A stretch of 64,000 bases of DNA from Dictyostelium discoideum. Lineage: Eukaryota. This document shows, piece by piece, positions 1-11,863 of this stretch (position 1 is the first letter of the stretch; every line of letters starts with the position of its first letter). Where the stretch lies: positions 352,001 to 416,000 of the forward strand of contig CM000155.2 of assembly GCA_000004695.1 (NCBI GenBank). Reading direction: 5' to 3'. The position numbers and the translations under genes are program-made. The notes under the pieces are model-generated. The model saw only the letters and a list, made by a program, of their open reading frames with translations, searched no databases and was not told the origin of the DNA.

Positions 1-44
1 AATATTGAAAATCATACAACAAAACTGATAATATTAAAATAAAT

Positions 45-63
45 TAGTGGGATGTGTGTGTTG
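45..63 (+). promoter_or_regulatory. Conserved GT/G-rich promoter block ttagtgggatgtgtgtgttg upstream of Tgr-like copy 1. Copies recur at 4101..4121 and 7619..7637. It is a candidate G-box (GBF-type) element.
   Basis: The block is conserved about 330 bp upstream of each exon-1 ATG, while the surrounding sequence is nearly pure A/T. It is G/GT-rich like Dictyostelium G-box/CAE elements. Confidence 0.35.
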
Positions 64-151
64 AAAAACATTATTTAATAAATTATGTGATTGTTTATTT
101 TTAATTTAATATTGAAGCATTACCTTATTGTTTTTATTATTATTTTATTAT

Positions 152-196
<45 letters not shown>

Positions 197-395
197 TATC
201 AATATTTTTTTTTTTTTTAATTATTATTAATATTTATGTTTTTTTTTTAATTATTAATATTTTTGTTTTTATATATTATTTTAATTTTTATTTTTTTTTA
301 TTTTTTTTATTTCAAATCATTAACAGTAATAATAAATTATTTAACATCCTCAAAAAAACAATTTCATAATTAAAATAATAAATAGTAAATCAAAA

Positions 396-559
396 ATGAA
401 ATTTATTATATTATTTTTTATTTTATATTTAGTTTCTGATACATTAGGATCTTTAAATGAACCAGTTGTCAAGAGTAAATATTTTAAATATAAATATAAT
501 TTAATTTTTTTTTTTTATTGTTTTTATTGTTTGGGTTATTTTTATTTCTCAAATTTAAT

Positions 560-621
<62 letters not shown>

Positions 622-3592
622 TTTGAATTATATTTGTTATTTACTATTTTTAATTTTTTAATATTAAAGTCTCCAAATATTCAGCTATTGTTTATTTTTT
701 ATATCATTGTTAATGTCATTAATAACTATAACTAGTTATTAATATAAATAAAAATCAATCATTTTGTAGATATATTATCTATTTATGTATTTTATAAGAT
801 ATTGATAATTTCCAACACTAATTTTTAATTTTTTGTTTGGTTCATTATTATTTTTTTAAAAATTGTTCAATGTTTTAACCACTTTTCAATGTAATTAAAG
901 ATATTTGCAATTGTTTATTAAAAAAAAAAAAAAAAATTGTTTGTTATTTTATTAAAAAAAAAAGAGCTACTGTTCATTTTTTAATAAATTAATTTTAAAT
1001 CAATATCTATAACAATTGATATTAATAAATAATAATCATTTAATAGATACATTATCTATATTTTTTGTAATTTTTTTAAAAAGAAATCAATAGTTTCCAA
1101 CACTAATTTTTTCTTATGATTTTATTTTAATTTCAGATTTTACATGCACAAAACAATCATTGGAATATACATATGATATTGATAGTACATATTATACAAA
1201 ATGGATTTTTTCAGATTTGGAATATGAATTGGTTTTTGAATGTAAAAATAATAGCAAAGAAAGAACATGTACTGCTGGTATGTCCATTGATATTGCTAAA
1301 AATTTACATGGTCAAATAAAGATGTGCGGAACTGATAATAATAGTGTATTAGATTGCCATTCGAATTACGAAGAATATTATCCAAAGCCAATTATTGAAG
1401 GTGACTTTAAACCATCTACCAAAGGTGGTCCTACTATTATGAAAGGTTATTATTTGGCAGTTGGTGCATACTACTATAACATTATCCCTTATACTAGATT
1501 GGGTATTATAGGTGATGTTCATAGTAACTCTATAGATGTCACAAATTTAATACTAGACTATAAAGGTGGTTGTGGCCCAAGAACTATTCAATGGCCAAAT
1601 GATTTTAAATATAGTTTCAATCATTCAAATCCAATCATTGAAAATATTTTTATTGAAGGTTCATCTTTTATATCAAAAGGTTCTAATTTTTGTAATTCTT
1701 CTGATTCAATTCAAATTTATTTAGATGGTGTTCAAATTGATAAATCAAAAATAAAATCAATTGATCATGAGCAGTTTGAAATAATTTACACTCAACTATA
1801 TTCAAAATCAATCAATGTTAAAATAGTATCTGGTGGACTTGAATCGAATATTTACAAATTGGATTTTAAACCTATACCTTTAAAAATTAATAGTGTTCCA
1901 AGATTAAAAGGTGGTTCAATTACAATAATTGGTGAAAGACTATCTTCACAAGTAAATAATTCAACAATCATTGTTAAAATTGGTCAATATGATTGTAAAA
2001 ATGTAATCTCATCAAAAAATGAAATTCTCTGTAATTTAGAATCGGTTCCAAATGTTGAAAAAGTTAAATTGGTAGATTTACAAGTTAATATCTCAATAAA
2101 TGGTATTTTTAATGAAAATAATTTATTATTCTCATTCGATATACCAATAATATCAGATTTTATACTTCCACAAGGTGAAGTTAAATTAGTTGGTGATTGT
2201 TTTGGTTCTTCACAATTGACTCAAGTTAAAATTGACGATGTATTACAATCCAATATAACAATTAATATTAATGAAAAAGAAACAACACTTTCATTTAAGC
2301 CAATTAAACCAATTAAAAAATCAAAGTTATATATAATTGTCAATGGTACAAAATCAAATACTATTGAAATTGATTCATCATTTTTTGTAAAAAGTGTTCC
2401 ATCTTCACCTTCAGTAAATGGTCAAATTGTAAACTTTACTCTTTTCAATATAAATCCAAATAATGTTAATGCAACACCAATTATGATTTTTCAAGATAAT
2501 AGTTCAATAAAAGCAATTGATTATAAAAATTCAAATGAATACTCAACTCACACATACTCTTTTGATATTCCAAAAAGTTGTGGGAGAAATGAAATTACAA
2601 TTTTAATTGGAGACCAACTAACCCGTACTGAAATTTATTATGAATTACCAATAATATCAAGTTGTTCAATTGTTTCAAATCAAATGATTAAATGTCTTGG
2701 TAATTTTTTAAATTATTTAGATTTATTTAAAAATGGTAAAATTAAAATACAATTTTCAAATATGGTAATAATTGATAATATTCCAAACAATCCAATTATT
2801 TTTATGAGTGATTCATTTTCATTCCCAATGAAGCCAGAGTATAGTTCAAGTGATATATATCTTATTGTTTGTGATGAAACTTCTCTAGATTTTAAAGTTG
2901 ATATAACTCCATCGCTTAAATTTGTGAGCCAATCTCTTGTTTTCAACTCCACTGGTGGTGAATTATTAATTAATGGTGAAAACTTAAATGAAAATACAAT
3001 TTACAATACATCTGTATATTGCTTTTCAAATAAACAAGTTTATAATTGTTCATTTATAAACAATACATCTATATCATGTGATATTGAATTGTTAGGTCCA
3101 TTCGATCAACTTTGTAAAATCAAATTTAATAGTAAAGATGAGAATAATAACATTTCAATATCATATTATCCTCCATTAGTTTTAAATTCAACAACGATTT
3201 CAAAATCATCAACTGGTGGAATTATTACTATTTTTGGTAATGAATTTTATAATCAAATTGATTCAATTACAGTTGGTAAAAGTAAATGTTTAAACTCTAC
3301 ATTTATAAATTCAACATCGATTTCATGTTTTGTAGAACCTTCAAATTTTAATATTAACCAAACTGAACAACAAAAAAAACAATATGTTAACATTATAATT
3401 AATGGTAAAAGTGGTGGTAATAATTTAATAATTTATTCTGGTAATTCAAATAGAATTGATGAAAATAACAAATCAAATAAAAATACAATTGACGAAAAAC
3501 AAACCAATAATGAAATCAAAAATGAATCTATTAAAAGAAATATAAATTTTATATTATTTATAATTATATTCTCAACAATTTTAATCATATAA
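396..3592 (+). CDS. IPT/TIG-domain cell-surface glycoprotein, Tgr(tiger)-family-like, copy 1. Model is join(396..474,1137..3592), about 844 aa. It has a signal peptide, several IPT/TIG repeats, many N-x-S/T sites and a hydrophobic extreme C-terminus, so it looks GPI-anchored or secreted.
   Basis: Exon 1 encodes [26 protein letters not shown], a signal peptide. The donor is AAGA|GTAAAT at 474/475 and the acceptor is tttcag| at 1136, with phase 1 preserved. IPT motifs follow the P..G..GGxITI.GxxF...V.xG...C pattern ([15 protein letters not shown]...[35 protein letters not shown]). The protein ends [17 protein letters not shown]. Confidence 0.85.
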
Positions 3593-4010
3593 TTTAATTT
3601 ATTAATTTCATTGTAAAAAAAAAAAAAAATAAAACTCCAACCAAAAACAATTATTGGGTATATATAAAAAATGATTATTTTTGGTGGGTTAAAAATAAAA
3701 TATAATACAATAATAAATTTTGAACTTATTTTTTTTTTTTTATTTTTTGATAATTTTTTTTTTTTTAATTATTTTTAAAATAATTATTTTTTTGTTTTTA
3801 CTATTTGATAAGTGTGATTGTGAATATTAATAATTTAAATAAAATATAAAATTAAAAATGATTAAAAATATAACCACTTATCATAAAATACTTTTTTTGG
3901 CAGTGGTTGAAAAAAAAAAAAAAAATAATAATATTCATTTCAATTAAAAAAAACACATCCAAAAAAGTTTAATAAAAAATAAATAGTATTCTAAAATGAT
4001 GAAAGAAACA

Positions 4011-4043
4011 CCAATTGGTGGGTGTGGTAAACTTGACACAGTG
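4011..4043 (+). promoter_or_regulatory. Second conserved G-rich block ccaattggtgggtgtggtaaacttgacacagtg (copy at 7523..7553) about 390 bp upstream of the copy-2 and copy-3 starts
   Basis: GGTGGGTGTGG core. It is retained in both inter-copy spacers despite the AT-rich, indel-rich surroundings. Confidence 0.35.
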
Positions 4044-4398
4044 TTTAATAAACATGATGAGTAATATTGAAAATCATACAACAAAACTGATAAAAATAAA
4101 TTAGTGTGGGAGTGTGTGTTGAAAAACATTTTTCAATAAATTATTTGATTGTTTTTTTTTAATTTACTATTGAAGCATCGTTACCTTAATTTTATTATTA
4201 TTATTATTATTATTTTTTTTTTTCTTTAATATTTTTTTTAATTATTATTATAATTTTTATTTTTTTTAATTATTAATATTTTTGTTTTTATATTTTTTTA
4301 ATTATTAATATTTTTTATTTTTTTATTTCAAATCATAAATTATTTAACATCCTCAAAAAAACAATTTTAATATTAAAATAATAATAGTAAATCAACAA

Positions 4399-4451
4399 TG
4401 AAAATTATTATATTTTTTTTTATTTTATATTTATTTTCCGATACATAAGGA
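4399..4451 (+). pseudogene. Disrupted signal-peptide exon of Tgr-like copy 2. It has an in-frame TAA (TTA to TAA) and a 9-nt deletion relative to copies 1 and 3.
   Basis: Copy 2 reads atgaaaattattatattttttttt...tccgatacaTAAggatctttagttgtcaagagtaaatat. Copies 1 and 3 read ...gatacaTTAggatctttaaatgaaccagttgtcaagagtaaatat. Confidence 0.6.
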
Positions 4452-4649
4452 TCTTTAGTTGTCAAGAGTAAATATATAAATTAAAATAATTTTAATTTTT
4501 TTTAGTTTTCATTATATCTATATGTACAAAATATATATGTGTCTTAGATAATCATTGAATAGATACATTATTTATATTTTGTATTTTTTTAAAAAGAAAT
4601 CAATGGTTTCCAACTCTAATTTTTTCTAATATTTACATTTTAATTTCAG

Positions 4650-7105
4650 ATTTTACATGCACAAAACAATCATTGGAATATACATATGATATCGATAGTA
4701 CATATTATACAAAATGGATTTTTTCAGATTTGGAATATGAATTGGTTTTTGAATGTAAAAATAATAGCAAAGAAAGAACATGTACTGCTGGTATGTCCAT
4801 TGATATTGCTAAAATTTTACATGGTCAAATAAAGAAGTGCGGAACTGATAATAATAGTGTATTAGATTGCCATTTGAAATACGAAGAATATTATCCAAAG
4901 CCAATTATTGAAGGTGACTTTAAACCATCTACCAAAGGTGGTCCTACTATTATGAAAGGTTATTATTTGGCAGTTGGTGCATACTACTATAACATTATCC
5001 CTTATACTAGATTGGGTATTATAGGTGATGTTCATTGTAACTCTATAGATGTCACAAATTTAATACTAGACTATAAAGGTGGTTGTGGCCCAAGAACTAT
5101 TCAATGGCCAAATGATTTTAAATATAGTTTCAATCATTCAAATCCAATCATTGAAAATATTTTTATTGAAGGTTCATCTTTTATATCAAAAGGTTCTAAT
5201 TTTTGTAATTCTTCTGATTCAATTCAAATTTATTTAGATGGTGTTCAAATTGATAAATCAAAAATAAAATCAATTGATCATGAGCAGTTTGAAATAATTT
5301 ACACTCAACTATATTCAAAATCAATCAATGTTAAAATAGTATCTGGTGGACTTGAATCGAATATTTACAAATTGGATTTTAAACCTATACCTTTAAAAAT
5401 TAATAGTGTTCCAAGATTAAAAGGTGGTTCAATTACAATAATTGGTGAAAGACTATCTTCACAAGTAAATAATTCAACAATCATTGTTAAAATTGGTCAA
5501 TATCATTGTAAAAAGGTAATCTCATCAAAAAATGAAATTCTATGTAATTTAGAATCGGTTCCAAATGTTGAAAAAGTTAAATTGGTAGATTTACAAGTTA
5601 ATATCTCAATAAATGGTATTTTTAATGAAAATAATTTATTATTCTCATTCGATATACCAATAATATCAGATTTTATACTTCCACAAGGTGAAGTTAAATT
5701 AGTTGGTGATTGTTTTGGTTCTTCACAATTAACTCAAGTTAAAATTGACGATGTGTTACAATCTAATATAACAATTAATATTAATGAAAAAGAAACAACA
5801 CTTTCATTTAAGCCAATTAAACCAATTAAAAAATCAAAGTTATATATAATTGTCAATGGTACAAAATCAAATACTATTGAAATTGATTCATCATTTTTTG
5901 TAAAAAGTGTTCCATCTTCACCTTCAGTAAATGGTCAAATTGTAAACTTTACTCTTTTCAATATAAATCCAAATAATGTTAATGAAACACCAATTATGAT
6001 TTTTCAAGATAATAGTTCAATAAATGCAATTGATTATAAAAATTCAAATGAAAACTCGACTCACACATACTCTTTTGATATTCCAAAAAGTTGTGGGAGA
6101 AATGAAATTACAATTTTAATTGGAGACCAACTAACCCGTACTGAAATTTATTATGAATTACCAATAATATCAAGTTGTTCAATTGTTTCAAATCAAATGA
6201 TTAAATGTCTTGGTAATTTTTTAAATTATCTAGATTTATTTAAAAATGGTAAAATTAAAATACAATTTTCAAATATGGTAATAATTGATAATATTCCAAA
6301 CAATCCAAATATTTTTATGAGTGATTCATTTTCATTCCCAATGAAGCCAGAGTATAGTTCAAGTGATATATATCTTATTGTTTGTGATGAAACTTCTCCA
6401 GATTTTAAAGTTGATATAACTCCATCGCTTAAATTTGTGAGCCAATCTCTTGTTTTCAACTCCACTGGTGGTGAATTATTAATTAATGGTGAAAATTTTA
6501 ATGAAAATACAATTTACAATACATCTGTATATTGCTTTTCAAATAAACAAGTTTATAATTGTTCATTTATAAACAATACATCTATCTCATGTGATATTGA
6601 ATTGGTAGGTCCATTCGATCAACTTTGTAAAATCAAATTTAATGGTAAAGATGAGAATTATAACATTTCAATATCATATTATCCTCCATTAGTTTTAAAT
6701 TCAACAACGATTTCGAATTCATCGATTGGTGGAATTATTATAATTTTTGGTAATGAATTTTATAATCAAATTGATTCAATTACAGTTGGTAAAAGTAAAT
6801 GTTTAAACTCTACATTTATAAATTCAACATCGATTTCATGTTTTGTAGAACCTTCAAATTTTATTATTAATCAAACTGAACAACAACAACAACAATATGT
6901 TAACATTACAATTAATAACAAAAGTGGTGGTAATAATTTAATAATTTATTCTGGTAATTCAAATAGAATTGATGAAAATAATAAATCAAATAAAAATACA
7001 ATTGATGATAAACAAACCAACAATGAAATCAAAAATGAATCCATAAAAAGAAATATAAATTTAATTTTATTTATAATTATATTCTCAACGATTTTAATCA
7101 TTTAA
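4650..7105 (+). CDS. Tgr-like IPT/TIG glycoprotein copy 2, main exon. Acceptor is tttcag| at 4649. It is 97-98% identical to copy 1 and has the same hydrophobic C-terminus. Because the upstream signal-peptide exon is broken, this is a possible pseudogene or a product lacking a signal peptide.
   Basis: The ORF 4673..7105 begins at an in-frame TTG. The reading frame stays open back to the acceptor at 4650. Alignment to copy 1 is nearly gap-free. Confidence 0.7.
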
Positions 7106-7943
7106 TTAAATTTATTACTTTCGTTATAAAAAAAATTATACTCCCACCAAAAACAATGATTGAATATATATAAAAAATGATTATTTTTAGTGGTTTTGTG
7201 TTAAATAAAAAAAAAAAAAATACAATAATAAATTTTGAACATGTTGTTTTTTTTTTTTTATATTTTTTTTTTTTTCTAATTATTTTTATAATAATTATTT
7301 TTTTGTTTTTGCTATTTGATAAGTGTGTTATTGTGAATTTTGATAATTAAAATAATATATAAAATCAAAAATAATTAAAAATATAACCACTTCTCATAAA
7401 CTACTTTTTATGGTAGTGGGTGAAAAAAAAAAAAATAATAATTTTCATTTCAATTAAAAAAAACAAGCCTAAAAAATTTTAATACAATTAATAGTTTTCT
7501 AATATGATGAAAGAAACATCAAGTGGTGGGTGTGGTAAACTTGGCACACAGTGTTAAAAAAAAACAATATGAGTAATTTTGAAAATCATACAACAAAACT
7601 GATAATATTAAAATAAATTAGTGGGATGTGTGTGTTGAAAAACATTATTTAATAAATTATGTGATTTGTTTATTTTAATTTAATATTGAAGCATTACCTT
7701 ATTGTTTTTATTATTATTTTTTTTTTTTTTTTTTTTTTTTTTTATTATTATCAATATTTTTTTTTTTTAATTATTATTAATATTTATGTTTTTTTAATTA
7801 TTAATATTTTTGTTTTTATATATTATTTTAATTATTATTTTTTTATTATTTTTTTTATTTCAAATCATTTACAGTAATAATAAATTATTTAACATCCTCA
7901 AAAAAACAATTTCATTATTAAAATAATAAATAGTAAACCAAAA

Positions 7944-8105
7944 ATGAAATATATTATATTATTTTTTATTTTATATTTAGTTTCTGATACATTAGGATCT
8001 TTAAATGAACCAGTTGTCAAGAGTAAATATTTTAAATATAAAAATAATTTTATTTTTTTTTTTTTATTGTTTTTACTGTTTGGGTTATTTTTATATCTCA
8101 AATTT

Positions 8106-8151
<46 letters not shown>

Positions 8152-11100
8152 TTTGATTATTGTTGTTATTTACTATTTTTAATTTTTTAATATTAAAGTC
8201 TCCAAATATTCAGCTATTGTTTATTTTTTTATATCATTGTTAATGTCATTAATAACTATAACTAGTTATTAATATAAATAAATATCAATCATTTTGTAGA
8301 TATATTATCTATTTATGTATTTTATAAAAGATATTGATAATTTCCAACACCAATTTTTAATTTTTTTATTTGGTTCATTAATATTTTTTTAAAAAATTTT
8401 CAATGTTTTAACCACTTGTCAATGTAATTAAAGATATTTGCAATTGTTTATTAAAAAAAAAAAAAAAAAAAAAATTGTTTGTTATTTTTTTAAAAAAAAA
8501 AAAAAAGAGCTACTGTTCATTTTTTAATAAATTAATTTTAAATTAATATCTATAACTATTAATATTAATAAATATTAATCATTTATTAGATACATTATCT
8601 CTATTTTTTGTATTTTTTTAAAAAGAAATCAATGGTTTCCAACACTAATTTTTTCTTATGATTTTATTTTAATTTTAGATTTTACATGCACAAAACAATC
8701 ATTGGAATATACATATGATATTGATAGTACATATTATTCAAAATGGATTTTTTCAAATTTGAAATATGAATTGGTTTTTGAATGTAAAAATAATAGCAAA
8801 GAAAGAACATGTACTGCTGGTATGTCCATTGATATTGCTAAAAATTTACATGGTCAAATAAAGATGTGCAGAACTGATAATAATGGTGTATTAGATTGCC
8901 ATTCGAATTACGAAGAATATTTTCCAAAGCCAATTATTGAAGGTGACTTTAAACCATCTACCAAAGGTGGTCCTACTATTATGAAAGGTTATTATTTGGC
9001 AGTTGGAGTAATTCCTTACTTTACTATTATCCCTGATACTATATTGGGAACAATAGGTGATATTTTTAGTAACTCTATAGATGTCACAAATTTAATACTA
9101 GACTATAAAGGTGGTTGTGGCCCAAGAACTATTCAATGGCCAAATGATTTTAAATATAGTTTCAATCATTCAAATCCAATCATTGAAAATATTTTGATAG
9201 AAGGTTCATCTTTTATATCAAAAGGTTCTAATTTTTGTAATTCTTCTGATTCAATTCAAATTTATTTAGATGGTGTTCAAATTGATAAATCAAAAATAAA
9301 ATCAATTGATCATGAACAATTTGAAATAATTTACACTCAACTATATTCAAAATCAATAAATGTTAAAATAGTATCTGGTGGACTTGAATCGAATATTTAC
9401 AAATTGGATCTTAAACCTATACCTTTAAAAATTAATAGTGTTCCAAGATTAAAAGGTGGTTCAATTACAATAATTGGTGAAAGACTATCTTCACAAGTAA
9501 ATAATTCAACAATCATTGTTAAAATTGGTCAATATGATTGTAAAAATGTAATCTCATCAAAAAATGAAATTCTCTGTAATTTAGAATCGGTTCCAAATGT
9601 TGAAAAGGTTAAATTGGTAGATTTACAAGTTAATATCTCAATAAATGGTATTTTTAATGAAAATAATTTATTATTCTCATTCGATATACCAATAATATCA
9701 GATTTTATACTTCCTCAAGGTGAAGTTAAATTAGTTGGTGATTGTTTTGGTTCTTCACAATTGACTCAAGTTAAAATTGACGATGTGTTACAATCCAATA
9801 TAACAATTAATATTAATGAAAAAGAAACAACACTTTCATTTAAGCCAATTAAACCAATTAAAAAATCAAAGTTATATGTAATTGTCAATGGTACAAAATC
9901 AAATACTATTGAAATTGATTCATCATTTTTTGTAAAAAGTGTTCCATCTTCACCTTCAGTAAATGGTCAAATTGTAAACTTTACACTTTTCAATATAAAT
10001 CCAAATAATGTTAATGCAACACCAATTATGATTTTTCAAGATAATAGTTCAATAAAAGCAATTGATTATAAAAATTCAAATGAATACTCAACTCACACAT
10101 ACTCTTTTGATATTCCAAAAAGTTGTGGGAGAAATGAAATTACAATTTTAATTGGAGACCAACTAACCCGTACTGAAATTTATTATGAATTACCAATAAT
10201 ATCAAGTTGTTCAATTGTTTCAAATCAAATGATTAAATGTCTTGGTAATTTTATAAATTATCTAGATTTATTTAAAAATGGTAAAATTAAAATACAATTT
10301 TCAAATATGGTAATAATTGATAATGTTCCAAACAATCCAATTATTTTTATGAGTGATTCATTTTCATTCCCAATGAAGCCAGAGTATAGTTCAAGTGATA
10401 TATATCTTATTGTTTGTAATGAAATTTCTCCAGATTTTAAAGTTGATATAACTCCATCGCTTAAATTTGTGAGCCAATCTCTTGTTTTCAACTCCACTGG
10501 TGGTGAATTATTAATTAATGGTGAAAATTTTAATGAAAATACAATTTACAATACATCTGTATATTGCTTTTCAAATAAACAAGTTTATAATTGTTCATTT
10601 ATAAACTATACATCTATCTCATGTGATATTGAATTGGTAGGTCCATTCGATCAACTTTGTAAAATCAAATTTAATGGAAAAGATGAGGAGTATAACATTT
10701 CAATATCATATTATCCTCCATTAGTTTTAAATTCAACAACGATTTCGAATTCATCAATTGGTGGAATTATTACAATTTTTGGTAATGAATTTTATAATCA
10801 AATTGATTCAATTACAGTTGGTAAAAGTAAATGTTTAAACTCTACATTTATTAACTCAACATCAGTTTCATGTTTTTTAGAACCTTCCAAAATTATTATT
10901 GATCAAAGCAAACAACAACAGCAACAACAACAACAACAACAACAATATGTTAACATCACGATTAATGGTAAAAGTGGTGGTAATAATTTAATTATTTATT
11001 TTGATAATTCAATTATTGAAGTTAAAAACCAATCAAGCCAAAGTGATAAAAACAACAACAACAACAACAACAACAATGGTAAAAATATAAATAATGGTGA

Positions 11101-11863
11101 TAGTAAAACTGATGGTAGAAGTTTTTATGAAAAAAATAAAAAATGGATAACAGTATTAATAATAATTGGAAGTTTGGCATTACTTTTATTTATCTTTTTT
11201 GGTATAATTTATTGTAATAGAAAAAACGGTACTGTTATCTATTGGAAATATATTATGTGTCGCGGAATCAAAGAAAAAAAATATAAATTTAAAAATAGAA
11301 AAGAGATAAAACAAATACAAGAATTAAGACATACATTGGATAATGCAGAGACAATTTTTGCTGACTTTGAATTAGATAATATAATAACTTATTCAGAGTA
11401 TCAACTTACACCCGAAAATCGTCTACGAAAAGAACAACAAGAATTAGCTCGAGAAAATTATATTGAAACTTACCCAGATTATTATTTACATATAAATAAA
11501 ACTAAAAATTTACCAAATAATGATTCATTACCTCCAAATCAAGTTGAAAATTTACCAAATAATAATTCATTACCTCCAAATAAAATTGAAAATTCATTAC
11601 CTCCGAATCAAACTGAAAATTTACCAAATAATAATTCATTACCTCCAAATCAAACTGAAACATTACAAGAAGATTCTTTACCTCCAAATCAAACTGAAAC
11701 ATTACCAGAAGTTTCATTACCTCCAAATCATATTGAAACATTACCAGAAGTTTCATTACCTCCAAATCAAATTGAAACATTACCAGAAGTTTCATTACCT
11801 CCAAATCATATTGAAAAACTAACAGACAATTCATCATCATCTCAAGACCCAAGCTCTTCATAA
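7944..11863 (+). CDS. Tgr-like IPT/TIG type-I transmembrane glycoprotein, copy 3, full length. Model is join(7944..8022,8679..11863), about 1087 aa. After the ectodomain it has polyQ and polyN linkers, a TM helix ([23 protein letters not shown]) and a roughly 230-aa cytoplasmic tail with eight SLPPNQTE-type repeats.
   Basis: Exon 1 is identical in structure to copy 1, with donor GTAAAT at 8023 and acceptor ttttag| at 8678. The ORF 8702..11863 continues through the TM segment. A basic stop-transfer run (CNRKNG) follows the TM. Confidence 0.85.
11500..11830 (+). repeat. Coding tandem repeat of 39-42 nt, about 8 units, encoding (N/T)LP(NNN/EV)SLPPN(Q/H)(T/I)E in the cytoplasmic tail of copy 3
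   Basis: aatttaccaaataataattcattacctccaaatcaaactgaa recurs with small substitutions. Both alternative frames also stay open (ORFs 11502..11861 minus and 11520..11822 plus), which is typical of a repeat. Confidence 0.9.

Larger units (their letters stand above)
1..4061 (+). repeat. Tandem gene-repeat unit 1 (promoter block + 2-exon Tgr-like gene + 3' flank); window begins inside the array
   Basis: Bases 1-100 (gaaaatcatacaacaaaactgata...gtgggatgtgtgtgttgaaaaacat) recur near-identically at 4062-4150 and 7571-7665. Coding and flanking blocks are about 95-98% identical among the three units. Confidence 0.85.
4062..7570 (+). repeat. Tandem gene-repeat unit 2 (shorter: most of the intron is deleted)
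   Basis: It is collinear with unit 1. The intron is about 200 nt, against about 660 nt in units 1 and 3. Confidence 0.85.

Noticed and set aside
91-626. Plus-strand ORFs 91..369 and 396..626 (beyond base 474), and their copies 7686..7877, 7944..8156 and 8005..8190
   Set aside because: These are read-through of poly(T)/AT homopolymers giving polyF and polyI. Only 396..474 and 7944..8022 (the signal-peptide exon) are supported, by splice donor and frame continuity.
2713-2952. 79-aa antisense ORF, recurring at 6226..6465 and 10258..10497
   Set aside because: It lies wholly inside, and antisense to, the Tgr-like ectodomain exon. It is conserved only because the sense gene is triplicated. It has no start context or independent signal.
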